IMG/VR virus record: IMGVR_UViG_3300044712_001401
Span: 1 to 64,000 of that record
Source of the DNA: a virus
DNA length: 64,000 nt
Strand: one strand, 5' to 3'
Shown one piece after another: positions 10,113 to 19,949 of this stretch. Position 1 is the stretch's first letter. The number at the start of each line of letters is the position of its first letter. The notes beneath the pieces are model-generated. The model worked only from the letters and a program-made list of their open reading frames with translations. It did not search any database and was not told the DNA's origin. The position numbers and the translations under genes are program-made.

Positions 10113-10559
10113 CTAGTCTGTCGCGTCGGCGAAGCCGTCGTAGATCGTGGCAAGTGGAATCCCATAGCGGCGGCTCCAAGCCTTGAGCGTCGACGCGAGA
10201 TCTCCGGACGGTCCGGTGACAATATCGAATCCGTCGACACCGGTTCGCGTTCCGTCGACGTCGACGGCATAAATCGTCGCCATCCCGTCTTCGACCGCAA
10301 ACTCAAAGCGATCTCCGGACTTGGCGGGTTGCGGCTCCGGCTCCGTCGCGGGCTGGGCGCGGAAATCTAGCAGGGCTCGTCCTGGCGCGAGATACGCCGG
10401 CCGTCGTCGTCTCCAAGCAACGGCGATGTAGGGCAACTCGGGCCGGTGCGGCAGCGTTACTTCGAGATAGCGGCAGCCGGTTCCGGCGGCGAGTTGCGCG
10501 ACGTTCGAGACGGCGATTTGCGGCGAGTAGGCGATGATTCGCGGCGTGGAGGTGATCAC
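10113..10559 (-). CDS. Hypothetical protein
   Basis: AGGAG RBS before GTG 10559. Confidence 0.6.
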   Translation of the reverse strand: MITSTPRIIAYSPQIAVSNVAQLAAGTGCRYLEVTLPHRPELPYIAVAWRRRRPAYLAPGRALLDFRAQPATEPEPQPAKSGDRFEFAVEDGMATIYAVDVDGTRTGVDGFDIVTGPSGDLASTLKAWSRRYGIPLATIYDGFADATD

Positions 10560-10626
10560 GGAATTTCTCCTAAATGAAAGCGGCTCGGACTTCCGAGCCG
10601 CAGGTTGTTGTGGCTCTGGTGTTGGA

Positions 10627-10890
10627 CTAGATGCCGCGCCAGATACGCTTCGACGCGTACCTGAGTTGCGTTCCTTCGACGATGTAGACGATGCCGGGTT
10701 CGACATCCGGCGCTTTCGCGGCGGGCGTCTCGTCCTCGTCCTCGGCGGCGGCAAGGTCTGTCGAGTAGACGATGCCGGCGATCGCGTACTCGAACGGATA
10801 GCTCGGCTGCTCGGCGAGCCTCACTTCGGTGTCGCCACCAAACTCGTCCGCCATGTCTTGCAATTGTTCGATAAGTTCATGCAGAGTCAT
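10627..10890 (-). CDS. Conserved hypothetical protein (MT..ELIE.L...EVRLA.QPSYPFEY)
   Basis: Directly follows promoter copy 3 and its GGGAGACG RBS. Confidence 0.8.
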   Translation of the reverse strand: MTLHELIEQLQDMADEFGGDTEVRLAEQPSYPFEYAIAGIVYSTDLAAAEDEDETPAAKAPDVEPGIVYIVEGTQLRYASKRIWRGI

Positions 10891-10985
10891 CTTGCGTCTC
10901 CCGTCGTCTTGTTTTCCAGTCGCGTCCAGCCGCTCTGTGCGTCCGTTCGATGCGTCAATACTACCTAAGTCGGCATATGAGTCAA
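10891..10985 (-). promoter_or_regulatory. Repeated promoter/leader element, copy 3
   Basis: Minus strand TTGACT-CATATGCCGACTTAGG-TAGTAT, then CGGACGCAC and GACGACGGGAGACG. Confidence 0.78.
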
Positions 10986-11007
10986 CCGCAGTGTGGAAAT
11001 TCCGAGA

Positions 11008-11481
11008 TTATTTTTCCGGCTTTTCTTTTGCTGGAGTTCGCGCCGGCGGTTGCTGGAAATGCTTTTCGACGGATTGGATTATCCTGCGTAGCTCGGATGA
11101 CGCTTTCTCCGCAGTTAATGCGATCACTTCCACAACCTTAGATGGCTTTCCGATAACTGAATCGTCGGGATTCTGGAGACAGCGTTCGGATAGGACTTGA
11201 TCCGGCTCGCTCGTGTCAAGGATCTTGTTGAGTTCGGCGGCTAGGTCTTCGAGGACTCCGGACGAGTACAAAAAGCGTGGCTCGTCCGCGCGTTGGCATT
11301 CGTCGGATTCAACGTGCGCCGCGCAGCATCTCGCTAGGTTGGAAACCATGTCGGTCCATTGCACTAGGTCTTCGCGGCGAAACGCGGGGAGCGATGAGGC
11401 GTGGACTCCGCGAGCTATCGCCTTGGCGACGGAGCGGATTGAAGTTGAGTCGGCTTTGCGAGGCGCTGGACGCGGTGACAT
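11008..11481 (-). CDS. Hypothetical protein
   Basis: GAGG RBS; downstream of promoter copy 4. Confidence 0.6.
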   Translation of the reverse strand: MSPRPAPRKADSTSIRSVAKAIARGVHASSLPAFRREDLVQWTDMVSNLARCCAAHVESDECQRADEPRFLYSSGVLEDLAAELNKILDTSEPDQVLSERCLQNPDDSVIGKPSKVVEVIALTAEKASSELRRIIQSVEKHFQQPPARTPAKEKPEK

Positions 11482-11537
11482 AAAAGCCTCCGGGAAAAAT
11501 CAGGTGGTATGTTGAAAGTCGTTCTCCTGTCGAGTAG

Positions 11538-11565
11538 ATAATACCGACGACGGAATAGCTTTCAA
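11538..11565 (-). promoter_or_regulatory. Degenerate promoter element, copy 4
   Basis: Minus strand TTGAAA-GCTATTCCGTCGTCGG-TATTAT; same 16-bp spacer and TATTCCG motif, but no leader. Confidence 0.55.
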
Positions 11566-12096
11566 TCGCGATTCGTGGTTTTTTGACGCGGGGTGTGGCG
11601 TGGACAGTCGAGCGGGGTTTGACGCGTTTGGTTTTTATCGCGGCGAGGACGTTGACTCCGAGCCGTCAATTGTCGCGTCGCTCGCGGACGGGGCGACGAT
11701 TCCTCGTTCTGGCGGGTTTCGGGCCGAGTTCCGGCCGGCCGATTCGTTTCGGTGGCCAGACGACGGGGGCGGGTGGGGTCGAGCCTGGGAGCCAGACGCG
11801 GAGCGTGGCAACGTCGGCGGGCGACTCGTCGACGTCAAACAGGAAGCCGTCGTCGTGCATATTCTGGTGGCGGGGCGGACGTTGTGCGAGCAGCCGTCGC
11901 GTGACGTTCCGGCGACGTGGCCGGCGGGGCACGTGTGGGTGCGCGCGACGGAGGCGGCGATGGCTACCTGTCGCGAGTGCCTGCGGCTCGCGTCCAACGT
12001 CGTCGCGGACGTTAGACGCAACAAGAGCGGCCGGGCGTAATCCTGTTGGGATCTGGGCGGGATCAGGTACGGACGGACAAAAATCGGAGACGTGCG

Positions 12097-12669
12097 ATGG
12101 CAAGTAACGCAGCAAAAATGCATCCGGAAATCGCGAACGCGGTCGGGCCTGGGAAGCTCGTTCGAGCCTTGACGATTTCGCAGCCGTGGGCGGACAAAAT
12201 CGCAAGCGGCGATAAGTGGGTGGAAAACCGGACCTGGGAGACCCCCTATCGGGGTGTGCTGGCAATCCATGCCGGGAAAGGCTCGCGGTATCTGACGGCG
12301 TCCGAATTGCGGGGCTATACGCGAGGAGCCGTCGTGGCGTTGGCTCGGCTCGTGGCGTGCGTTCGCTTGCAGGACGGCTCAGAACGCGTCCGAGGCTCGG
12401 CGAGGCTCACGGCGAGCCCCCACGACGCTCAAGAGTTGTCGGCGGCCGGCTTGTCGTTGGGGCACGTTCTGGCGCACGAGTACACGGAGGGGCCGGTGTG
12501 CTGGGTGCTGCGCGACGTCTGGCTTCTGGCAAAGCCAGTGCCGGCGGCCGGGGCTCAAGGGGTGTGGATGTGGGATTCTTCGGCTATGCGGCCGGATGTT
12601 GCGGGCGGCGTTGAGTCTCCGCCGGGCGAGCGTGAACGCGACGAGCGACAGCGGCGGCTGCGGATGTAG
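12097..12669 (+). CDS. ASCH domain protein
   Basis: RALTISQPWA..IASGDKWVENRTW.T.YRG.LAIHAGK...G.QG.W. Confidence 0.9.
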   Translation: MASNAAKMHPEIANAVGPGKLVRALTISQPWADKIASGDKWVENRTWETPYRGVLAIHAGKGSRYLTASELRGYTRGAVVALARLVACVRLQDGSERVRGSARLTASPHDAQELSAAGLSLGHVLAHEYTEGPVCWVLRDVWLLAKPVPAAGAQGVWMWDSSAMRPDVAGGVESPPGERERDERQRRLRM

Positions 12670-12692
12670 CGCGGATGTAGCGCGGATGTAGC
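12660..12692. repeat. Three copies of the 11-bp unit GCGGATGTAGC
   Basis: Read directly; overlaps the ASCH stop codon. Confidence 0.9.
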
Positions 12693-12812
12693 GCAGCTTG
12701 CCGGTGCATGCGGGGCCGGTCGTGTTCGTAGCGATATTTCGGCTGCCGCGCGATCCGGTGTGTACGAGTCGATCGAGTGGTGCAACGCAACGAAACCTGA
12801 TATTGTCGAGAA

Positions 12813-13442
12813 ATGAGCGAAAAACGACGTCCGACAATCCGGTTGCGTGCTCAATTTGGACGCAAGCGAATTTGCGTTGAGCTTTTTCCGCTTGCCGAGT
12901 TTTTGGGCAAAGTGCCGAAAGGCGAATCGCCAAACTCTGGGACCGGAGACCGGTATCGGCTGCGAGTCAACCGGCGTTGGTTTGAAACGTCTCGACGCGT
13001 GGAAGTCTACGAAGACGACGTACGAGACAGCGAACGCGAGACGGCCGAGCCGGCCGGGGAAGACGGCGACGGCCGGGCGTTGGTGCGTGTCACTCGCTCG
13101 ACGACGTGGCAATTTTTCACGCTCTCGGAGGTGTTCGCGGTGATGCGGCGTTCGCTCGCGGACTGGCGGAAACGTGCTGGGCGTCAGGCTCGCATCGAGC
13201 CGCAGGCACGCAAGAAAACGCGAGCCTCGCCAGTTCCGGAGGCGAGTGGCAGCGATCACCCGGGATCTCAGGAGGATCACCCGGGATCTCGAATTGGTTC
13301 CGGCGACGACGTGGCGCAGCACCAAAAACGGCAAGCCGGCGCTCGGGCGCAAGCCTTACTCGCGGGCTGGAGTCGTGGCGATGATATTGCCACTCAAGAG
13401 GACGTTGAAAGCGAGGCGGGAAATGTCGCAAGCCGGGTCTAA
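12813..13442 (+). CDS. Hypothetical protein
   Basis: ORF upstream of the terminase genes; contains a short direct repeat GATCACCCGGGATCTC at approx. 13254-13290. Confidence 0.55.
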   Translation: MSEKRRPTIRLRAQFGRKRICVELFPLAEFLGKVPKGESPNSGTGDRYRLRVNRRWFETSRRVEVYEDDVRDSERETAEPAGEDGDGRALVRVTRSTTWQFFTLSEVFAVMRRSLADWRKRAGRQARIEPQARKKTRASPVPEASGSDHPGSQEDHPGSRIGSGDDVAQHQKRQAGARAQALLAGWSRGDDIATQEDVESEAGNVASRV

Positions 13443-14532
13443 TTCATGGGATGCGTGGATTGAAGATGCGTTCGGCGAGGACGCAAACGCGGACCAGCGG
13501 GAGCCCCGAACGGACGACGTTTCGCCTGTTGATCCGGGCGAAATCGTAGCCGACGAAAACCGCGAAGCGGATCGAGGGGAGGCAGGTGGTTCCCAGGATG
13601 TATCGGCGGGGCAAAGGAAACGAAGGCGACGTCCGGAGCGTGGGCGTGGTGGGCGTCCTCGCGAAGAGGACCGGGCAACGGCTACGGGCGGTCGGTATGC
13701 TCGCTATCTGGAAGCGGACCGCGAGCGAAAGCGGATCGCGAGGGCTGCTCAACGCGAGCTAAGGGAGCGAGCGGAGCGGGAGGCGTCGAGCGGAGCGGGC
13801 GAGACGACCGAGCCGATGGCGTCGCCAGTCGTGTCTGGTGGCGTGCGACTGGACGCGGGAGCGGACGTCGCACAAGATACGCGCGGGGCCGAAACCGCAA
13901 ACACCTTCCGGAGCACGGAAGACGGACCGGTCGCTCCAAGCCAACGAACGGACCAGCAACTCGACAACGTCGCGCGGTCGAATCATCCTCGCGACGACAG
14001 CAACAACGCGGCAGCCTCCGTGGTTGATGGTGGCTCGTCGTCGAGCGGTCCGACGTCCGGGGCCGGGGGCGTGTCGCGCGCGGCACCGAACGCGAGCGGA
14101 GCAGGCGTCCGGGAGCCGTCGGCGTATGACGACGAAAGCGGGTTGACTCACGCCGAGGAGTTGCGCCATGTCGAGCGGGCGGTGCGTCAGCGTTGGCCGA
14201 CGACACCGCAAGCGAGGCAGCTAATAGCGCAGAAGATTACGCTGCTCGCATTGTCGCCTGAGTCGTCGCCGGGGCTCTCGCTCAAGGCGGCTCGAATCTA
14301 CGTGCAGATGGAAGCTCAAAACCAATCGGACGAGCACAAAGTTCTTCCAGATCAGCTAATCACTTATGACGGAACCGCGCGGCCTGTCACAACTGACGGA
14401 CAACGAGTTGCTCTCATTAGAGCGTTGCTTGCGGAGCGACAGCGACGCGCCGCTCTCGGCGGACGAGATCGAGCGAATCGCGACGAGCCTGGGGCTGCCA
14501 TCGACACGAGACCGGAGCGGCCGGCTAACTGA
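13423..14532 (+). CDS. Putative terminase small subunit-like protein with a long disordered N-terminus
   Basis: Immediately upstream of and overlapping TerL; helical C-domain ERAVRQRWP...AARIYVQMEAQNQ. Confidence 0.5.
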   Translation: MSQAGSNSWDAWIEDAFGEDANADQREPRTDDVSPVDPGEIVADENREADRGEAGGSQDVSAGQRKRRRRPERGRGGRPREEDRATATGGRYARYLEADRERKRIARAAQRELRERAEREASSGAGETTEPMASPVVSGGVRLDAGADVAQDTRGAETANTFRSTEDGPVAPSQRTDQQLDNVARSNHPRDDSNNAAASVVDGGSSSSGPTSGAGGVSRAAPNASGAGVREPSAYDDESGLTHAEELRHVERAVRQRWPTTPQARQLIAQKITLLALSPESSPGLSLKAARIYVQMEAQNQSDEHKVLPDQLITYDGTARPVTTDGQRVALIRALLAERQRRAALGGRDRANRDEPGAAIDTRPERPAN

Positions 14533-16102
14533 CCGCGAGTATGCCGACAAGCTCGCCTGCGAGACGAGCCTGCACGCGTTCGTTGAGCGAGCGTGGCCGA
14601 TTGTGGAACCTGGGACACCGTTTGTCGACGGTCCGCACTTGTGGGCGTTGTGTGCTCACGCGGAGGCGTTGCGGTTTGGTCTGATCCGCAATCTGCTCGT
14701 CGCGATTCCGCCGGGCTGCATGAAGTCGCTGCTGTGGTCGGTATTTTATCCTCCGTGGATTTGGTCCACCGAGCCGTCCTCGCGGTTCATGTTCGCGAGT
14801 TACGACCAAAGCCTTTCGACTCGCGACTCCGTGCGTTGTCGTTCAATCGTCGAGTCGGATTGGTATCGATCGCTCTGGGGCGACGTCGTCGCGCTTGTCG
14901 GGGACCAAAACGAAAAGACGCGGTTCGACACTGTGGCGCGGGGCTGGAGAATCGCGACCAGCGTTGGTGGGAGAGGCACGGGCGAGCACCCGGATTATCT
15001 CATCGTCGACGACCCGCTAAACGCGAAACGGGCGACGAGCGAGACCGAGCGGAAAGCGTGCGCGGCGTGGTGGGATGGCACGATGACGACTCGCGGCGAA
15101 ATCCGAGACGTCCGGCGAGCCGTGATCGCGCAACGTCTTGCGCCGGCCGATTTGCACGGGCACATCCTGGAAGTCGACGCTGGGCTCGGTGCGTGGGAAT
15201 ACTTGATGCTCCCGATGGAATACGAGCCGGAGCGGCATTGCAGCACGTCGATTGGCTGGAGCGATTGGCGCAGCGAGCCGGGGGAGTTGCTCTGGCCGGC
15301 GGCGTATTCGCGCGAAAAAGTCGATCGGCTCAAGCGTTCGCTAGGCTCAAAACGTGCGGCGGGACAACTCCAACAACGTCCGGTGTCACTTGACGGGGAG
15401 GTCTTTCAGCGGGCGTGGTTTCAGATTGTTGATGCGGCTCCGGCGGACGCCACGCGGGTTCGCTTCTGGGATAAGGCGGGGACGGAAGGCGCTGGCAAGT
15501 TCACAGCCGGCGTGCGGATGTCGTGCAAGGCCGGTGCGTTCTATATCGAGGACGTCCAGCGGGCGCAATTGTCGTTCGGCAAACGCGAGCAATTCATTCG
15601 GCAGATAGCAACGCTAGACGCGGACACCGTTGGTTACGTGCGGACGTGGCTGGAGCAGGAGCCGGGGTCCGGCGGAAAGGATTCAGGCAAGATCTCGGTG
15701 ATCTCGCTCGCGGGGTTTGACGTGCGGCTTGACGTCGTCTCGGGACAAGGCAGCAAAGTGGTGCGAGCGCAGGGGCTGTCGTCGCAAGCGGAGGCGGGCA
15801 ACGTATTCCTTGTGCGCGGGCCGTGGAACGCGACGTTTCTGGACGAAATCGAAGCCTTTCCGGGCGGCGAGTATTCCGACCAAGTCGACGCGTCGAGCGG
15901 GGCGTTCAACAAGCTCGCGCTCGGGGCCGGCGACGGAGCCGATTACGTGGGCGACGTCGTCGCAAGCGGCGAGGACGACGACGAGCGGCGGCCGTTCGGA
16001 GACGACGAGTTAGCCGAGTTGCCGGACGAGCTACGCGAGCTAATCGGCGAAATGCGGGGACTTCGCGGAAATCGTCGCGGGCGTGGGCGTAGCGACGACT
16101 AG
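14366..16102 (+). CDS. terL: Terminase large subunit
   Basis: Walker A-like IPPGCMKS, Walker B LIVDDP, QQRP, RFWDKAG, EQEPGSGGK, nuclease motif DQVDASSGAF. Confidence 0.95.
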   Translation: MTEPRGLSQLTDNELLSLERCLRSDSDAPLSADEIERIATSLGLPSTRDRSGRLTDREYADKLACETSLHAFVERAWPIVEPGTPFVDGPHLWALCAHAEALRFGLIRNLLVAIPPGCMKSLLWSVFYPPWIWSTEPSSRFMFASYDQSLSTRDSVRCRSIVESDWYRSLWGDVVALVGDQNEKTRFDTVARGWRIATSVGGRGTGEHPDYLIVDDPLNAKRATSETERKACAAWWDGTMTTRGEIRDVRRAVIAQRLAPADLHGHILEVDAGLGAWEYLMLPMEYEPERHCSTSIGWSDWRSEPGELLWPAAYSREKVDRLKRSLGSKRAAGQLQQRPVSLDGEVFQRAWFQIVDAAPADATRVRFWDKAGTEGAGKFTAGVRMSCKAGAFYIEDVQRAQLSFGKREQFIRQIATLDADTVGYVRTWLEQEPGSGGKDSGKISVISLAGFDVRLDVVSGQGSKVVRAQGLSSQAEAGNVFLVRGPWNATFLDEIEAFPGGEYSDQVDASSGAFNKLALGAGDGADYVGDVVASGEDDDERRPFGDDELAELPDELRELIGEMRGLRGNRRGRGRSDD

Positions 16103-16192
16103 AAACCGCATCGGTTGCGAAAAAAAACGACCGCAAATCTACGTGGATAATCGCGATTTCTCGGATTCTTTCCGAGATTGTCTCGTTTGCGG

Positions 16193-16273
16193 TTGCGTCC
16201 TATGCCGACTATGGTAGTATTACCCCATCGGACGCACGTGGCGGACGAGACGGGACGAGACGGGAGACGAGAC
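16193..16273 (+). promoter_or_regulatory. Repeated promoter/leader element, copy 5
   Basis: TTGCGT(16193)-16-TAGTAT(16215)-TACCCCATCGGACGCACGTGGCGGACGAGACG. Confidence 0.82.
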
Positions 16274-16549
16274 ATGAACGCGACGCAAACGAACGCGACG
16301 ACGACAACAACGCGGTTTTTTGAGAAGGAGACGGTCATCGTCGCGGACGTTGACGCTTTTCGCTCGGCGGCTCGCGCGGCTTGCGACTCGGCGGCTATGA
16401 CTGATGCCGAGTACGACCGGCTCCTGCACGCAGTGGAGAACAAGCGAGCCTTCCGAGTTGGAGCCGTCATCGGGAATTTCTACGGCTGCACGCTCGACGG
16501 GAAACTCGCGGGGATGTGGTTTCCGGCGGCTTGGCTCCGGAAGGCGTAG
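16274..16549 (+). CDS. Hypothetical protein (MNATQTN...)
   Basis: ATG after the leader; followed by a GCGGCTCGC/GCGAGCCGC hairpin. Confidence 0.75.
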   Translation: MNATQTNATTTTTRFFEKETVIVADVDAFRSAARAACDSAAMTDAEYDRLLHAVENKRAFRVGAVIGNFYGCTLDGKLAGMWFPAAWLRKA

Positions 16550-16624
16550 AGCGGGGTTGAAGCGGCGGCTCGCTATGGTGGCGAGCCGCAAACAAGACGA
16601 GACGTAAGACGGGAGACTGGAATC

Positions 16625-17008
16625 ATGGCGAACTTCACAAGACGAATCGAGTGGTTGCAGAAGCAAATCAACGAGCAGCGGAACTGGATCGCCGAGTGCG
16701 AGGCGAGCGGGAGCTACGACGGAGAACGCGGCGACGAAATTAAGACGGCAGACGCGGACGCGCTCGCGGCCTGGGAGTTGCAGCTATTTGCGCTCTTGCC
16801 GGCGGAGGAACGCTCCGAACGGCTCGTCGTCGAGGTCGACCGGAATCGCAATACGGCGACAATCTCCGTCGTCGACGAGAGCGGGAACGGAATCGTCTTG
16901 ATGCGAAGCAGTCTCGGCGGGTGCGCTTTCTTGTCGTCCGAAGAACAAGAGCGGCGAATCCGGCTGATCGAACGACTCCGGCTCGCGGACAACGAAGGCG
17001 GGGCGTAG
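16625..17008 (+). CDS. Hypothetical protein
   Basis: GACGGGAGAC leader/RBS. Confidence 0.7.
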   Translation: MANFTRRIEWLQKQINEQRNWIAECEASGSYDGERGDEIKTADADALAAWELQLFALLPAEERSERLVVEVDRNRNTATISVVDESGNGIVLMRSSLGGCAFLSSEEQERRIRLIERLRLADNEGGA

Positions 17009-17201
17009 TCGTGGAACGCAGCAAGCTACAGCAACGCGTCTCAGCTTGGATCGAGACGCGGGCGGACGAGATAAGCAAGCTTCTGAAACGCGACCCGAGC
17101 GGCGAAGCGGCCGTGCGGTGGGTCGCAAAAACGTGTCCGCTCTTACGTCGACGAGCAACGCTCGCGACGACGGAGAGCCAATCAAGACGGGGAGCAATCC
17201 G

Positions 17202-17465
17202 ATGAGCGACAAGAGGAGCGAGGATGTCGAATCGCGACCGCTCGACGTCTCGCGGCGGTTTATGTTTCGGCGCGATGGGCGAGTGGAACAAGACGGTCGG
17301 TTCTACTCCGAGCGGGAGACGGTCGACACTCTACGGTCCATCGGAGGCGACGGCGCGAATCAACTCGCAGCCATTGCGAGGAGAGAGCTACGGAAGGGGC
17401 GGTTCTGGTGTCTGACTCGGCGGCTGCGACATTACGACGAGGACGGGAACGAGGTGAATTTATGA
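17202..17465 (+). CDS. Hypothetical protein
   Basis: GGAG RBS; ATGA overlap with the next gene. Confidence 0.55.
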   Translation: MSDKRSEDVESRPLDVSRRFMFRRDGRVEQDGRFYSERETVDTLRSIGGDGANQLAAIARRELRKGRFWCLTRRLRHYDEDGNEVNL

Positions 17466-18091
17466 GCGACGAAGACGGATTGCCGTTTGGAAAATACTAC
17501 GACGGACGGAACGAGCGAGGGACGATGCCGGAAATCGATCCGTCATCGGGGCCGACGTTTGTGCTCTCGGTGTTCGACAAACGGGTCGGGGAATATGGTT
17601 GCGGGATATGCAAGACGCGGTTGATGCGGGGGCGCGACCCGGCGGACGCGGTGAAGCGGTATCGTGCGTGGCTCGCGCTCGTCTTCGCGGACATTGTCTC
17701 CGCGATGAAAGACGAGGACCGAGTTGTGGAGGAAGTCGTAGAAGTCATGCCGGAGGAGGCGACGTTCAAGCGACGTCTGGAACGGCTCCAACAAGAGCTA
17801 GACGATGCGGAGTCGGCGGGTCGGCATTATCCGGCGGACAAACTCGCGTTGCTCGTTCAAGACGTGGACGATGCACGCCGGCTGCTGGAACAAACGGTCG
17901 CGCGTCGCCAAGTGCGGTGCGAGTCGCGACGCGACCGGATACTCCGGCCGGTGCTTTGGGAGATGGAACAAATCGACGCGGGGCGAGTCGAGGCGATCGA
18001 GATTCCTGCGACGTACGGACTTCCGGTGAGCTATGCCGGTTACTGGCGCGGATTCACGACGTACGAGCCGGCGTACAATCGGCGTGGATAG
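17462..18091 (+). CDS. Hypothetical protein
   Basis: GAGGTG RBS; coupled start. Confidence 0.65.
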   Translation: MSDEDGLPFGKYYDGRNERGTMPEIDPSSGPTFVLSVFDKRVGEYGCGICKTRLMRGRDPADAVKRYRAWLALVFADIVSAMKDEDRVVEEVVEVMPEEATFKRRLERLQQELDDAESAGRHYPADKLALLVQDVDDARRLLEQTVARRQVRCESRRDRILRPVLWEMEQIDAGRVEAIEIPATYGLPVSYAGYWRGFTTYEPAYNRRG

Positions 18092-18135
18092 CGGCGGAAC
18101 GGGCGATATCTCTACTAGACGACGGGAGACGACGG

Positions 18136-18543
18136 ATGCGAGTTCTACGCGGGGCGGTGACGCACTTGGCGATCCGTGGATACTTCACGCTGCAAGTTCC
18201 GGACTTGGCGGTCGGGCACGGCTCGGACGATTTCGAGGAACTTCCGGACGAGTGGTTCGTCAAGCTCAAGTGGAGCGGCGGCCGGCCGGCGCACGCGAGG
18301 GAATCCGGGTTGCTATTCCTGACTCGGATCGGCTACGATGCGAACCGCGAGAGGCTCCGCCAATCGCTGGAAACGTGGTTGCGTGGATATCCGGCCGGGC
18401 GCGGTCCTGGGCTGCAAACGTGGGAAGACTTCGAGCGAGTGGCCGAGATGCACTTTAAGAGTGTTGCGGCTCGTCTGGCGACGTACGAGCGAGCCTTGCG
18501 GGAAAAGCTCGGCGACGTGGAACGGTGGAAGGCGATTGTGTAA
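18136..18543 (+). CDS. Hypothetical protein
   Basis: GACGGGAGAC RBS. Confidence 0.6.
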   Translation: MRVLRGAVTHLAIRGYFTLQVPDLAVGHGSDDFEELPDEWFVKLKWSGGRPAHARESGLLFLTRIGYDANRERLRQSLETWLRGYPAGRGPGLQTWEDFERVAEMHFKSVAARLATYERALREKLGDVERWKAIV

Positions 18544-18576
18544 CACAAGGCGACAACAAAGGCAGGGGGAAACGCG

Positions 18577-18879
18577 ATGGGGATTGTCGACAAAAAGCGA
18601 TTTCGGTTGGATCAAGTTCGGGCTGGGCACGTTCCACCGCCAAAGCTGCCGACGTCGATGCAGGTTCCAAGCGACTACGCGAGCGGCGTAGCGTGGCCGT
18701 ACGACGACGAGCCGGCGCATGCTCGCGGCGGATATCCGCCGAGCGACGACGGAGGCGGGGACGGGAGCGGCGGTGGGCTCGGGTGTTTGCTCGTCCTGTT
18801 GCTCGTCGGGTTTGCGCTGATTGCGGCGGGGCTCGTCGCGGTTTCGTTCGCGTGGCTCTCGATCGCGATTGATGCGTAG
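18577..18879 (+). CDS. Small membrane protein
   Basis: C-terminal hydrophobic helix LGCLLVLLLVGFALIAAGLV. Confidence 0.6.
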   Translation: MGIVDKKRFRLDQVRAGHVPPPKLPTSMQVPSDYASGVAWPYDDEPAHARGGYPPSDDGGGDGSGGGLGCLLVLLLVGFALIAAGLVAVSFAWLSIAIDA

Positions 18880-18881
18880 AA

Positions 18882-19079
18882 ATGGCGATTGACGCGGCGG
18901 TGTACGTGTGGCGGGTTCGTACGCGGCTCCCGGAGCGATTCGGAGAGCGGTGCACGGTGCTCGCTCGCGGCCGAAAAAATTCGGTGCTCGTGCAATTCGA
19001 GCGAGACGGGTGGAAAGTCATCACGAGCCGGTGGTATGTCCGCCGGCTAACTGGGGAGACGGACGATGCGAAATCGTAG
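18882..19079 (+). CDS. Small conserved phage protein
   Basis: R.GERC.VLARG.KNSVLV.F.DG...ITSR..VR pattern. Confidence 0.7.
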   Translation: MAIDAAVYVWRVRTRLPERFGERCTVLARGRKNSVLVQFERDGWKVITSRWYVRRLTGETDDAKS

Positions 19080-19338
19080 CAAGACGAGCGAAGCCATCAA
19101 CGCGTTGGGCGAGGCGGCGAAAAGTCTTCCGGATGGGTACGAAATCGCGGTGCGGTTTACTCGCGACGAGTGCTCGTTGGCGTTATACGATCCGGACGGA
19201 GAGGAGCTAGACGTATACGCGGACGACTCCTGCCAGTTTGAGCAGGCGATTTGCGACGCGGTGCAGGATGCCAACAAGTGCGAAAGCGATGGCGACGGAG
19301 AGCCGATAGACGGAGATGACGATGGCGAGGACGAGTAG
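19066..19338 (+). CDS. Hypothetical acidic protein
   Basis: GGAG RBS, overlapping gene string. Confidence 0.55.
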   Translation: MRNRSKTSEAINALGEAAKSLPDGYEIAVRFTRDECSLALYDPDGEELDVYADDSCQFEQAICDAVQDANKCESDGDGEPIDGDDDGEDE

Positions 19339-19553
19339 CGTAAACGACGAGAACGATTGGAGAATCCACCCGGCAACGCAAGAGCTAGTTTCGGTGGCGT
19401 TCGGTGCGGCGGCTCGCGTGGCCGTGCGGTTTGGACTCTCGGCGGAACAAGCCGGCGAGCTAATGACCGCAGCGTGGCATATCGTGCAAGACAAAAAAAC
19501 GCCGTCGGCGATTGCGGTGGCGGTCTCAGATTCATCAGACGCGGAGACGAACG

Positions 19554-19949
19554 ATGGCGAGGAAACTAGGCCGGTGTGACGTGTGCGGCGAAGCGGCGAA
19601 GAACCAAATCAGTTGGCGGTGCTCGGGGCATTGTCGGTGCGACGACTGCGGCGCAAGTGTTGGGCTTTGCTATCGCGAGGGCGGGTTGTTTTGCGACCAG
19701 TGCTGGAATACGCGGGTCAAGCGGTTGATTGCCGAGTTTGAAAAGTCGAATGAGTCGACGGAGTTTGAGACTCAGTTGCGGTGTCCGTTTTGCGGCAACG
19801 TGCAGCAGGACGCGTGGGAGCTTAGCGCCGATGACGGGGTCACGGAGTGCGGGCGTTGCGATCGCAAATTCGAGTACACAAGGACGACTACGACGGTTTA
19901 CTCATCGAGTCGTCCAGGCAGCATAAACACGAAAGGCAGACGGCAATGA
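19554..19949 (+). CDS. Multi-CxxC Zn-binding protein
   Basis: Several CxxC pairs; GGAG RBS. Confidence 0.65.
   Translation: MARKLGRCDVCGEAAKNQISWRCSGHCRCDDCGASVGLCYREGGLFCDQCWNTRVKRLIAEFEKSNESTEFETQLRCPFCGNVQQDAWELSADDGVTECGRCDRKFEYTRTTTTVYSSSRPGSINTKGRRQ

Noticed and set aside
11600-12040. 146-aa + strand ORF
   Set aside because: Several overlapping frames are open and none has a recognisable motif; left uncalled.
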